Assembly: GCA_973851085.1 (NCBI GenBank)
Contig: OZ316776.1
Coordinates: 13,702,001-13,766,000 of the forward strand
DNA length: 64,000 bases
Source: Ptychomitrium polyphyllum
Taxonomy: Eukaryota
Reading direction: 5' to 3'
The position numbers and the translations under genes were made by a program. Within the stretch, counting starts at the first letter, position 1; each line of letters opens with the position of its first letter. The notes under the pieces are model-generated. The model saw only the letters and a program-made list of their open reading frames with translations, had not been told where the DNA came from and made no database searches. This document shows, piece after piece, positions 13,110 through 26,250 of this stretch.

Positions 13110-15326
13110 TTACTGCTGCCCATCATTGCTGTGGAACACGTTCTGTTTGGACGGAGGATCTAACACGGTGTCCCTGATGTTGGACAGTGCAATCTCCGTG
13201 ATTCTCACCACACTCGACACCGGCAGAGGCTGCAGCGACGACGGTGGCGCAACAAACACATCAAAGTCCTGCCGTACTCTCCCGTTGTTAGGCTCAGAAG
13301 ATGCTAATGCAGTGCCTTGCGCCTTTACACAGAACCTGCAGTTGCTGATATCAAAAGCTTCCGCTGTCCGCACTTCCTGACACACCGAGCAACAGCTGCA
13401 CAACAGCCACTGCGCAAAGTCGCTGAGGTTAGGGCGCCCACAGCACCACGTCTTCCCTGGTAAGCCGTACGTCTCCCGCATTCGGATTCGCCAATATCCC
13501 CCATAAAACAACCCGCACACACTGATGATTATGCCACTTCCTCTTAGAAACTGGCGAAATTCCCTGCATCACCACCGCCATCGTCACGATGAAGCAACGT
13601 CATTCAACAAATCCATATGTCAGTTAAAGAAGCTCTTGCATTCACTGACGCTTTTCACTACTGCCTCGGCAATCTCGTCCAAGTCTATATCAGAAAGCAC
13701 TACAATCCTTTAAGTCCTCCAACATGCATAGTAACACCTCCATGGTACAGTACATTCCTCCACTAAACCACGCAGTCGCGGCCAACCACTGAATACATGG
13801 TAGTGTCACAAACTAGGCATCCCTACCAAAAAAACATCACTCCACACACTAGAACGACGACTCTAAACTCTGAAGCAAGTCTCTGTGCCTTACAAGAGGA
13901 TTGATCTGCAGTAATTTGAAGGATCATGAGGATATTCACCAGTTAACGATGAGGTTTCAATCAAAACAAGTACTAGGAGCAAAATCCAAATGATGAACCA
14001 AAGCAATGAGAAAAATCAGATGACTGACCTACTATCCACATTGACGGCTGCCATTTCGAAGATTACAAAAGGGGCAAAACACACGAGCAAAAATGTGGCG
14101 ACATGGACGTAGCGGTTGCCAAACCCCAGCCTACTGAGATTGTGGCCCAGAACGCACGGAAAACAGCATGCCGTCGCCGCCACCAGTGTGGGAGCCTCCC
14201 AGCATTCGAACACGCCCCCTTGCCACTGCGGGTTCTCCACCACATTGCCCGCCCTGGATCCTCCCAGAGTAGAATGTCGCTCAAGCAGCCGGTCGTACTT
14301 CTGTGGCGCATGAAGAAATCTCGAGGGCAACCTCTCTCCTGCTATGTCTGTGGCTAAATTTTCTGCGTCGTCTTCGCCAGGTGAGTCCTTCCCCAATGAA
14401 CTCACGTTCGTGTAGATTCCTGCCGCACAGCCTGCGCTGAGCGCCGTTACAAAGCAGACCATGACCGCCGCCACGGGTCGCTGAGCCCTGTTGTAGTACC
14501 AGTTCAATGCGCAGACGGCATACTGCGCAAAGCAATTCAACTGGTAGAGCAGGAGCAGCACAAGCATGTGAAACCACTCGTTAGGTTTCGGCATTCCTCC
14601 TTTACAGTACGCATCGCGAAGCTTGAGGATATCTTTGCGGCGCCACCGCAGTAACCACACGAGGTGCAACACCCGCAAGGGATGGACGAGCACCACAAAC
14701 AAAGTGAAGAGCGCGTTGATGGTTTGATTGAAGGCCTCGAACCAAAGGTCCCGGTCCGCCTTGCGCGGCAGAACACTGTTGAGCATGCCTACCATGACCA
14801 TGAAGAGCATTGCGCCCGACACGAAAACCGCCAGGCCCCACATCCCCACAGCCCAGTTCTTGGGGTTCCGAAGCCACTCTGCTGCCAGTCCCCTCACGGC
14901 TTTCCACCTGACCTCTCCCACGATCGGCAACGTGACGCTCAGGCCCGACCGAGGCCCATCAGCTGAGGACGGCGACCCTCTGGCCTGATAAAACCTAGCG
15001 AGGTTGTTGGGTGGAGCGAAGATCATGCTCACCGGTTTAAGCAGCCTGGGCGAGTTCGCCGCCCCTGGAATCGGTGGCGTGCCACTCCGTCTCCGCGTTA
15101 GAAAATCCTCCGACCCATCCTCAAACTCTGCAGCCTCCCCTGCAATATTCCTCACATTCACAGGTCGCAACCCGGAGTGTCCCTCCAGCACTCGGTTAAT
15201 GTGCCCGCCCATTCGAGCGCTCGGCTGTGGCTCCGCCAGGCTCGTGTTGTCGCCCATGGCGGACACGAGCGAAACCTTCTCCATGGCGCCAAGCGTACAT
15301 ACCCATCGATCAAGTGACCTCCCCAA
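13110..15326 (-). CDS. PLAC8-family Cys-rich membrane protein (long plant type with N-terminal TM region, DUF2985-like), copy 1. Exons 15326-14029, 13563-13110; ~583 aa
   Basis: PLAC8 motifs PQWQGGVFECW, ACCFPCVLGHNLSRLGFGN, YGGYWRIRMRETYGLPG, DFAQWLLCSCCSVCQEVRT. Several hydrophobic helices. A GT-AG intron joins the frames (VDSR|EFRQ). The start could be the downstream Met (MEKVSL). Confidence 0.9.
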
Positions 15327-15497
15327 AGGCCCAAACCATCACTCACCGGTGGTACAGATCTCACGGAGACGACCAAGAACATGCACACCACTGAAGTGGG
15401 CGAGAGGGAGACAGTAGTAGAAAGTCTCGTTTTGGGCTTCCCCGCAGCTCTACGGTGACCAAGCATGCGATGGTGCGTTGCAGTAAAGGACGGAATG

Positions 15498-17363
15498 TAG
15501 GCAAAGCAATGAGATCGGAAGATACAAGCAAGTGGGAGGTGGCCATGCAAGAGGAGTAAGACTCACTCATGGCAAATGAGACGTGGGAGTTGGCTCCGCT
15601 TCCAAAGGGTCGTAAGAGCGTTGGGTGCAAGTGGGTCTTTCGCACGAAGAAAGACGCTTTGGATGAAGTGGTACGCCACAAGGCGCGATTGGTGACCAAG
15701 GGATTTTTTCAAGTTGCGGAAGTCGACTTCCTTGAAACCCTTGCTCCCGTGGCCAAGTTCAATACCATTTGGTGCATCTTTGCACTTGGAGTGGTGTTGG
15801 ATTTGGAGATCCACCAAATGAATGTGAAGACCGCATTCTTGAATGGCGAGTTGGAGGAGGACATTTATATGAGTCAACCGCAAGGATTTGAAGAGAAGGG
15901 CTTTGAGCATCTTGTGTGCAAGCTCAAGAAGTTGTTGTACGAACTCAAGCAATCACCAAGAGCATGGTACCAACGGATTGATTCCTTCTTCTCCAAGGAG
16001 GGCTTCACAAGGAGCGAAGCGGATCATTCCTTGTACATCAAACAAACGGGTGAATACTTGTTGATAGTGCTCATCTATGTGGACGACTTGATCATCTTGG
16101 CTAGCCTTTTGGCAAAGTTGGCATGGCTCAAGGCCAAACTCAATGCGGAGTTTATGATGAGTGATCTTGGGGAGTTGATGTATTGCTTGGGAGTGGAATT
16201 TGAGAGTGATTGCAAAGCACACACCATCACCATGAGCCAAAGGAAGTACATCAAGGAGGTGCTCAAGCACTTCAATATGGAAGAATGCAAGCCCATTGGT
16301 ACGCCGCTTGATGTCAATGTCAAGTTGTTGAAGCTTTTGGTGGAGGAATTTGAGGCCATCGAAGGTGAGACGGAAGGCGTGCCATACAAGTCTGGTGTTG
16401 GCTCATTGATGTATGCCATGGTGGCTACACGAGCTGACCTTGCGTTTGCGGTGAACATGGTGAGTCAATTCATGTCTAGAGCTGGTCCGGCACATTGGAG
16501 TGTGGTGAAGTGCATCATGCGGTACTTGCAAAGTACCATGGACTACAAGTTGTGCCTTGGTGGTAAGGAGCTTGCCTTGAGGGGATATTGCGATGCGGAT
16601 TGGGCCGGAGATGCAAACGAGCGTTGTTCAACAACCAGATACATGATTTTTGTTGGAGTTGGTGCGATCTCATGGAATTGTAGGAGGCAACCTACAATTG
16701 CGTTATTTACAACAAAGGCGGAGTATATGGCCACTAGCCAAAGCACCAAGGAGGCCATTTGGCTTTGAAAGCTTTTGGCGGATGTGGGGTTTGTGCAAGA
16801 AGATGCCACAACCATCATGTGCGACAACCAAGGATGCATTGCACTTGCAAAGAACCCCACACACCACTCACGCACGAAGCACATTCATGTGTAACACCAC
16901 TTCATTTGCAAAAAGTTGGAGAGCGGCGAGATAAGCTTGAAGTATTTCCCGACAAAAGACATGGTTGCTGACGTGTTGACAAAGGCATTTGCGAAAGATT
17001 GACATCAACGGTTGGCAAAGGAAATGGGATTGCGAGAAGGTAAGTACTCGCAAAGTGGGAGTGTTGGAGATTAGAGTTGCTCGTAGTATTCACGGTGGTG
17101 TAAATAGTATTGTATTGTGGTAGATATAGAAGGAGAAAAAATGGGGAGAAAAAGGGGAGAGGTGAAAGCCATTTAAGAGGTACATATATGGTACACGGTC
17201 AACGTGGTAGGACCAACCTATATATCTTGTATGAGAAGGCAAGGACAAGTGGGTGTATGAGTTGGCATAAAGGAATTTGCAAGTGGCTTTGGAAAGCTAC
17301 TTACAAGATACTTGAGATGGACCTTAAAAGGTGCTTGAGACGTCACTACGTGGTAGTATAAGT
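15498..17363 (+). mobile_element. Ty1/copia fragment: RT-RNase H, PPT and start of 3' LTR (17062-~17363); truncated at both ends
   Basis: ORF 15569-16768 with KWVFRTK, KARLV, HQMNVKTAFLNG, LKQSPRAW, LIYVDDLII, GYCDADWAG; RNase H end RTKHIHV. PPT AAAGTGGGAG, then TGTTGGAG. Confidence 0.93.
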
Positions 17364-20300
17364 AAAGGTTCCATAAATTCTTAGGACATTCTTAAGCCTT
17401 ACAGGAAGCTTCTTTAAAAGTATACTAGGAGAGATAAGCGTTATAATATAAATAGGAGGCAAGATAAGATATACTTTTATTTTGCCAATATGATCTATGG
17501 ATCATATTTTAATGTGCCTTTATTCCAATCTTTATATTGATTCTTTTTAATAATTAACTCCTTGAAAGCTAATTCTTGGTAGCCACTTTGATTCTACTTT
17601 TTATTTCTTGAATTCCTAACAGTTTGGCAAAATTACTCTTCAACTTTGTCAGTGCTAAGGTTCTTTGAAGAAGATAATAGATTATCTATCTTTTTTAGAA
17701 TTCCATACCATCTTAGAAGTTGTGGACTACCTTCCTTTAAGATGACACCATAAAGTTGGTTTCTTCTTCTAAGAGCAAATACTACTTTTTTTGAAGAATG
17801 ATCAATCTTTCAAAGAATGTGGATTAATCTCTTTTGAAGGTATTCATAGTCTCATTAACTTTTACACTCTTAATTAATGGATACCCTGCCTAGAATATTA
17901 GAAAATAGATTTCAAGACTTTCAAGAGTTATTAAACACAGTTTGAACGGAACTTGCTCGCTTCAACACCACCAACAATTTAAAGCAGCACACTTGGCAAG
18001 TTGAAGATTCCAATACCAATATTTAAAGTGTAAATCAAAATGTTGTTTGATTGCAAGAGATCAATATTTCAAGAACAGGCTTATGTCAAAACTGTGCAGA
18101 GTCAAAGATTAGCATGCCAAACAAATTTGATGGATCAAATTCAAAGTTGACAGGCTTTGTTCAACAAATAAGGCTCTTCCTTAGTTTGCATCAATCTTGC
18201 TATCCTAACGGCATTACTCAAGTAGAATTTGTAGCCACTCTTTTAATAAACAATGCATTATTGTGATTTGTTCCATTAATGGAGAAATAGTCACCATTAT
18301 TGTAAAACCTAGATGCTTTCATGGAAGCATTGACATCTACTTCTGGAGACATTGACTAAGAATGGGTGGCTGGAATAAGGATCCAAGGTCTATAATAAGC
18401 TCGGCTATTAGATATTTGCAGAATTTCAACTAGTAGCTTGCAACCTTGATTGACATAATAAGGCCGTGGTCACACAATATTGATGGAGCTTGTGAGAAAA
18501 TGTGAAGGATTTGTTACTCACAATGCCAAGGATTGAAACGTTGGACGAATTTGTCACTCAAGCAATAGCATGTAACAATAGACTATTTGAAAGGCACCAA
18601 GAATAATGCTTGGAATGGTGACCAATACATCAAGGTATAGCGACCACTTCTTCAAAAGTATTAGAAAGCCGACTAGAAGGACCAAAACCTATAAAAACTG
18701 ATACTATCTAATTTAGACATTTGACTCCAAAAGAAAAAATGCAACAAAAAAAAAACCTATGTTTGTATTGTGGCAAGTCTAAACATAAAGTGCACAATTG
18801 CAAAATCAAGGAATCTGCTCTTAAGGTTCAAAGCACGATGGTAGAGTTGGAAATGAGGCTGTCTAGCCATAGTAGGGACCATGCAATTGGAGAATGTAAG
18901 AAAATATCCATGAAATCAAGGTCTCTCATTACTTTCAATCCCTACGTCTTGTTTTATATTTCCTATCAAAGTTTAATTGTTAGATGAAGCTCTTTTAGAC
19001 ATTGGTATAACAACATACTTCATAAATGAGGATTTTTCCATCAAATACCATATGCTTTTTGTGAACTAAAAATATCTTGCACGTGTTGAAATTATTGATG
19101 GACAATCTCTTGCAACTGGCAATGTTATTGAAGAAACTCAACCCTTAGAAGTTGTTTAAGGAAACCAAACATCTAAGATTGTCTTCAATATCATTCAATG
19201 CCAAAAAAATCCTATTGTTTTAGGCCTTCCTTGGTTTGAATTATGTAATCCACACATTGATTAGCGCTTACAAAGTGTGGTTTCAAGGAAAAGATGTCAA
19301 GGTACAAGAAATCTTAAACCATCATTTATTGGAACTAAGGTATACACAAGAGCTCCAAAGGATAAATCAATCTATGCCATTTATGCCATGCCAATGTCTG
19401 ATTCTATATCAGAGTTTAATCAAAGAATACCTCATCAGTATCAAGATTATAAAGACTTTTTGAGAAAAAAAAATGCAAATAATTTACTAAAGCACCGGCC
19501 TTATAATTGTACCATTGAATAAAAATAAGGAGCCCAACCACCTTTTGAACCTATCTATAACCTATCACAAACCAAATTGACTGCCTTGAGAGAATATATT
19601 AATGAAAACCTCAAAAAAAGCTTCATTCAACACTCTAAATCACTTGTTGGAACATCCATCCTATTTGTAAAGAAAAAAGATGAATCATTGCAAATGTGTG
19701 TGGACAATCCAGGCCTCAATAGAGTGACCAAGAAGAATCGCTATCCATTACCATTAATCCTAAGACTCCTACAGCAACTTGGCTAAGCAAAAATATTTAC
19801 CAAGATTGTTTTTAGGGGAGCTTACAATCTTGTATGCATCAAAGGAGGAAACAAATGGAAGACAATCTTTTGATCTAGGTAAGGCCATTTTGAAAACAAT
19901 GTCATGCCTTTTGGCCTTACTAATGTCCTTGCAGTCTTCCAACAGGTAATGAATGATATCTTCCATGAACACTTGGACGATTTTGTAATCATCTGTTTAG
20001 ATGACGTTTTCATATATTCAAAGGATGAAGAAGACCACAAATGTTATGTGCAATTAGTCTTAGAAAATCTACGCTAGCGAGGATTATACGCCACTTAGAG
20101 AAGTGCCTTTTCTATGAATCTTTGATTGAATTATTAGGCTACATCATTTTAAAAAGAAGAATCCATATGGATGAGAAGAAAATAAGCACTATCATGGAGT
20201 GGAATACGTCAAGATCAATTCGAGATGTTCAATGCTTCTTGGAATTTGCAAACTTCTAGAAGATACTTATCTAGGATTGTTCTAAGAATGCGGCACCATT

Positions 20301-23300
20301 GACACAACTTACGTGGAAGCAAAAATTCACTTGGAATGAAGAACCAAAAGTAGCAATTCAAGGCCTTAAGAAGTCATTCACATCGGCTCCAATCTTTTTT
20401 CATCCAAATCCGTCAAAGCCTTTCCATTTGGAAGCGGATGCTTCAAATTTTGTGATTGGCTGCATACTCTCATGATATGATAAACACGGAAGGCTCTACT
20501 CTATTATTTTTTGATCTTGGAAGTTGTCAACCGCAAAGATATATTATGATGTACATAACAAGGAGTTACTTGCAATTGTAGATGCACTTGTTGGAAGGAG
20601 CTCAATATACCATTATGATATATACAGACCACAATAAACTTACAATACTTCATGTGTGCGCGCACTCTAAATTGCCGTCATAGAAGGTGTAGTATGTCGC
20701 CTTCCAAATTTGACTTTGTCATTATCTATGGATTTGGTAGCGTACAAGGCAAGCCAGATGCCTTGGCTTGCAGATTATATTTAGCTCCTCAACTTGGAAT
20801 TGAAGTTTTGGACCAACAGTGTACTATTTTATTGAAGCCGCAAAAACCTTCAATTGGAAGTAGCAATTATGACCACAATATTTCATCTTGACAAAATTTG
20901 GAGGGCTTTGAAGAATAATGTCTTTGTTTCAAATATGAAGGGGCGCCTCAAAGACAACAAAGATCCTTCAAGATTATAAAGACTTTTTGAGAAAAAAAAA
21001 TGCAAATAATTTACTAAAGCACCGGCCTTATAATTGTACCATTGAATAAAAATAAGGAGCCCAACCACCTTTTGAACCTATCTATAACCTATCACAAACC
21101 AAATTGACTGCCTTGAGAGAATATATTAATGAAAACCTCAAAAAAAGCTTCATTCAACACTCTAAATCACTTGTTGGAACATCCATCCTATTTGTAAAGA
21201 AAAAAGATGAATCATTGCAAATGTGTGTGGACAATCCAGGCCTCAATAGAGTGACCAAGAAGAATCGCTATCCATTACCATTAATCCTAAGACTCCTACA
21301 GCAACTTGGCTAAGCAAAAATATTTACCAAGATTGTTTTTAGGGGAGCTTACAATCTTGTATGCATCAAAGGAGGAAACAAATGGAAGACAATCTTTTGA
21401 TCTAGGTAAGGCCATTTTGAAAACAATGTCATGCCTTTTGGCCTTACTAATGTCCTTGCAGTCTTCCAACAGGTAATGAATGATATCTTCCATGAACACT
21501 TGGACGATTTTGTAATCATCTGTTTAGATGACGTTTTCATATATTCAAAGGATGAAGAAGACCACAAATGTTATGTGCAATTAGTCTTAGAAAATCTACG
21601 CTAGCGAGGATTATACGCCACTTAGAGAAGTGCCTTTTCTATGAATCTTTGATTGAATTATTAGGCTACATCATTTTAAAAAGAAGAATCCATATGGATG
21701 AGAAGAAAATAAGCACTATCATGGAGTGGAATACGTCAAGATCAATTCGAGATGTTCAATGCTTCTTGGAATTTGCAAACTTCTAGAAGATACTTATCTA
21801 GGATTGTTCTAAGAATGCGGCACTATTGACACAATTTATTTGGAAGAAAAAATTTACTTGGAATAAAAAACCAGAAGTAGCAATTCAAGGTTTTAAGAAG
21901 TCATTCATATCGGCTCCAATCTTTTTTCATCCAAAATCCATCAAAGCCTTTCTATTTGGAAGCAAATGCCTCAAATTTTGTGCATGGCTTAGTATTTTCA
22001 TAATGTAATGAAGATGGGAGACTTCATTCTATTGCTTTTTGTTCAAGGAAGTCGTCAACGATAGAGGTAAATTATGATGTACATGACAAGGAGTTATTTG
22101 CGATTGTGAATGCATTTGAGAAATGGTAGCACTTACTGGAAGGAGTTTAACATACTTTCATGATATATACGTACCATTGGAACTTACAATACTTCATGAG
22201 TGCGTGCATTCTAAATTGCCTTCGAGGAAGGTATATTATATCACTTGCCAGATTTGACTTTATCATTATCTATTAACTTTGTAGCCTACAAGGTAAATCA
22301 AATGCTTTTTTTCCAAGATCTTATTCAGCTCCTCAACCAGGAGATGATGTTTTATATCAGTAATATATTATTTTATTAAAACCACAAAATCTTCAATTGA
22401 AAGCAGCAATTATAACAACAACAGCCCATCTTGACAAAAAGTAGAGGACATTGAAGAATAATGTCTTTATTTCAAACATGAGGAAGTGCTTCAAAAATAA
22501 TGGAAATCCTTCAAATAGCAATGAAGACTTTAAATTCCAAGAGGGCATACTTTATTTTAGAAGACTTATGTAGCTACGTCTAGGCTCTTTGTAATTGAAG
22601 ATTTTTCAAGCACGTCATGATTTTCTAGCAGCACGGCATTTTGGATTAAATAAAACAATGGAGTTGATTGCTATAGATTATTGATGGCCGCAAATGTGGA
22701 AATATGTGAAGGACTTTGTTCGATTATTTAACACTTGTGCAAGGGCCAAGGTACCAAATTACTAACTTCATGGTCTCTTCCATCTACTTCTAGTGTAAAA
22801 AGTCCCATAGTTGTCATTATCAATGGATTTTATCACGGACTTTCCAATTTCCAATTTTAAGGAATTTATTTGGTAGTAGTAAATTGGTTTACTAGGATGG
22901 CACATTACATTCCATGCAAAAAGACAGTAATGGGACAAGAAACTGTCAAATTATTCTTAAATCACATCTGCCGCATACATAGACTACCAAATGATATTAT
23001 ATCCAATCAAATGCTACAATTCATTTCCAACTTTTAGAGGGCTTTCTTCTAGCTGTTGCACATAAAGATCAACCTTCTTCAGCATACCATCTACAGACTG
23101 ATGGTCAAACCAAACGTGTAAATTAGATATTGAAGTATTACCTTTGTTGTAGCATAAACTACCACAAAGATAACTGGATGGACCTCTTACCTTTGGCACA
23201 ATTAGTTTACAATAATAGAATGCATAATCCACAACTCAAAGTTCATACTTTGTAAACTATGGCCATCATTTTCAAACACTCCCATTTCAAGTCAAGCATA

Positions 23301-24661
23301 TTGGAAGTCTTATAGCAGAGGATTTTACAATTCAATTTGTTAAAATCCACCAAGAACTTACTTTCAAGTTACAACAATTTCAAGATTGTTACAAAACTTA
23401 TGGAAATTGTCATCGGAAGGACCATCTAAAGTTTGAGGTTGGAAATAGCATATGGCTCCTACAATAATACATACAAACAAAACGACCGTGAAAGAAGCTA
23501 GATTATCAAAGGCTAGGACCGTTTTAAATCAGAAAATAGATAAATTCGGTTAATTATGGCCTCAATTTACCATCAACCATACAAATTCATTTGATGTACC
23601 ATGTATTGTTGTTGGAAACCTACAACAAGTCATGTATACAAGAAAAGGTTGTTTTTCTGCCTCTTCTGGTAGAAATCAATAATGAAATGGAATATGAAGT
23701 CAAAGAAATCTTAGATTCACATATCAAAAATGGACGTGTGGAGTACCTTATATATTAACAAAGAGATGGCATCTATGAACAAACATGGGAACCTTTGATG
23801 AACGTAACAAATGCATCTGACAAGATACTTGAATTTCATCAAAGATATCCTTGGAATCAAGTTAGTGACGTGTTATTAATAGCCATTATCTTCATAGAGG
23901 AATTTTTCCTTAGACAAGTATAAGAAGGGAAGAAAGATATTCAAAACTCCAATTGAATGCAACATTATTTATAAGATAGATCATCTTCAGATCCTAACTA
24001 GTATGTCAAATCTTTGTGTTATCATGGATATGCGTGAAGAACAATTGGCCGTGCCTTCTTCAACAACAGCATCTGTTGAGCCAACTCAACTTTCTCAGCT
24101 TTCTAGAATGGTGAATCAAAGCCAAGATATAAGAGAGACATTCTAACATGTTGTACATCCTCATGTTAAATTATTAGCCTGTCATCTTTTACACTATAGT
24201 CTTGATTCATATGCTTGCGCTTTAATCATCTTATTAGAAGTTGAAAGAGTCACTTGTAGAAGATCCAAAATCTTGTGTGGAGGATGTTTTGAAAGACTTA
24301 ATCAAGATCAAATCTTAGGCTGGGACATTTCAATAAACAAAAGTCTTGGCTGATGGTCATTGCTGCTTTTCATAAGAACTAGTTGAAGCAATGGACAAAG
24401 AATACCAAGCAAAATATGTTGCTTCCCTTCTTTGACCAATTTTGGAATTTGTGGAGATGTAACAAGCAAGCCATAAGAAAAGCTCCTCATGAGACTTTTT
24501 GCTAAATGAAGAGGTGATGTTTTGGACATAGATCATGTAATATAGTCTTTGAAACCTTTTAGAACCTTCTAATATATTATAGTAGCTTCTTAGAATACTT
24601 TCAAATGTCTTTATAGCCGTTTCCATGTTCTTAAGAAATTTGCTAGAAAATTTCACCACCT
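17364..24661 (+). mobile_element. Ty3/gypsy chromovirus B (same family as A, heavily decayed): partial 5' LTR to 17621, gag-PR-RT-RH-INT-CHD, partial 3' LTR from 24518
   Basis: Colinear with element A. Gag MPNKFDGSNSKL and zinc knuckle CLYCGKSKHKVHNC; RT RYPLPLI and CLDD; chromodomain EYEVKEILDS at ~23690; PPT AAATGAAGAGGTGA before TGTTTTGGACATAGATC. Many stops and frameshifts. Confidence 0.92.
19441..22510 (+). repeat. Internal direct duplication of RT-RH in element B (offset 1527)
   Basis: 19441-20295 appears identical to 20968-21822 (identical ORFs at 19577/21104 and 20041/21568). The downstream RNase H parts are homologous but clearly diverged. Confidence 0.9.
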
Positions 24662-26250
24662 CACGCGTCAACTCCAATTGCCTTGACCCACAGTGCTCCT
24701 CCATTTCTACGTAATTTTCCACTTTTTTCTTCAATGTCCATTTCTAATTTTACTCCTTATCCTTATGAAGGGGCAATTAAAGCAAGTGATGATGTGTTCA
24801 TAGAGGAATCGTGCGGTTTCTAAGGCGGTGTTGTCTCTCAATGCAATGCCTTTGATCCATTTGGTAGTGTAATTGGTAGCAAGTATTATGTACCAATGAC
24901 CATAGTGCTGGATACAAGGAAGAAGGCCAATGAAATCCAAGCCCCATTCAATAAAAGATTTGGCCAATAAAAATGTAACTTATTTGGTGGTGACTAATTT
25001 CCTAAAGTTTCCAATAGAATGACAAGTAGGACAAGTGTGAGAGTAGTTGAAAGTATCTTTGTAAAGTATTGGCCACCAATAATTGGAATTGCGGATTTTT
25101 TGAATAGTGATGTTTACTAAAAGGTGTCTACTACAAGCTCCATTATGAAGTTTGGTAAGGATTTGCAAAATCTTAGTAGTATATATGCAGCGCCAAAGAA
25201 TGAAATCTTTGCCTTGTTAATAGAGGATATTATCAATAAGCTTGGATGGAATAGCCTTGAAAGCTAAACATTTGTAGCGTTTAAATGTAGAGTCAAGGAG
25301 AAAATTAATAATGCAAAGATATTTGGCAATGGTAGATAACCTCTCAAGCTCTATTAAAAATATCAATGTGTTGACAAAATTATTGGTAATGGAAGTGGGT
25401 GGGCTACTAGCAGTGTAATATGTTAAGGCATCCATAATACCTTGGATTTTATTGGATTTATAAACCATGATAAAATCAAATTCTATAAATAATAAGAGCC
25501 AAAAAGCGATGTGAGTAGATAGCTAAGTTTTGTTGACCAAGTACATGAAGGCCATGTAATCAATAAAGAAAACAAACTTGTTGGCCAATAGCTAATGCCA
25601 AAATTTGTTCATGGCATAGACCATTGCCAATGCGTCTTGTTTGATAGTGGTATAAGTCTTCTTAGCTTTATTAAAGAGACATGATGTATAAGCAATGGAT
25701 TGGTCAACGTGACTGGTAGGGCTTTGTGTAAGTATGGCACCAAGTGCAAAGTCCAAAGCATTGGTATGAATGTAAAACTTTAGTTTTTAGTTGGCAAGTA
25801 TGAGGATTGGTGCAGAGAGGTATAGGGCTTTGATTTATGAGTACATAGTAATACAGTTAGTAGTTCAGTGGAAGGACTTGTTTTTCCTTGTGAGTTTGGT
25901 GATCAAGGACATGATGGTGGCATAATTGCAAATAAAACATCTTTTAAATTGGGCAAGGCTGCTAAAAACCTAAAATTCTTTGATATTGCAAGGTAAAGGC
26001 ATATAAACTAAATTCTATATTTGGCGGAATTAAGAAATTTATTGGATTTGGAGATGACTTAACCAAGAATAGCTACTGAATAGGAAAAAAAAGGCATTTT
26101 TTAGGATTGAGGCTAATGCCAAATTTGCAACACTAGAAGAAGCACAAGCAAAACTTAGCAAGGTAGGAGTTAATATTGCTATACACGTTGAAGTTGCCCA
26201 CAAATAATTTCATAGAGTCGCCGAGATAGTCCTTAAAGGCTCAATTGATC

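Larger units (their letters stand above)
1..15497 (+). repeat. Segmental duplication, copy 1 (matches 37763-53261; extends beyond the left window edge)
   Basis: ORF track repeats at offset 37762, then 37764 after a (TA)11/(TA)12 indel at ~5987/43749. Identity ends at ...AAGGACGGAATG (15497/53261). By eye I found 7 SNPs: 1310, 2781, 3001, 4273, 10315, 15306, 15458. Confidence 0.98.

Noticed and set aside
14063..15417. Multiple overlapping and antisense ORFs over PLAC8 (similarly over RT regions and DNAJC8)
   Set aside because: Shadow ORFs of GC-rich coding sequence.
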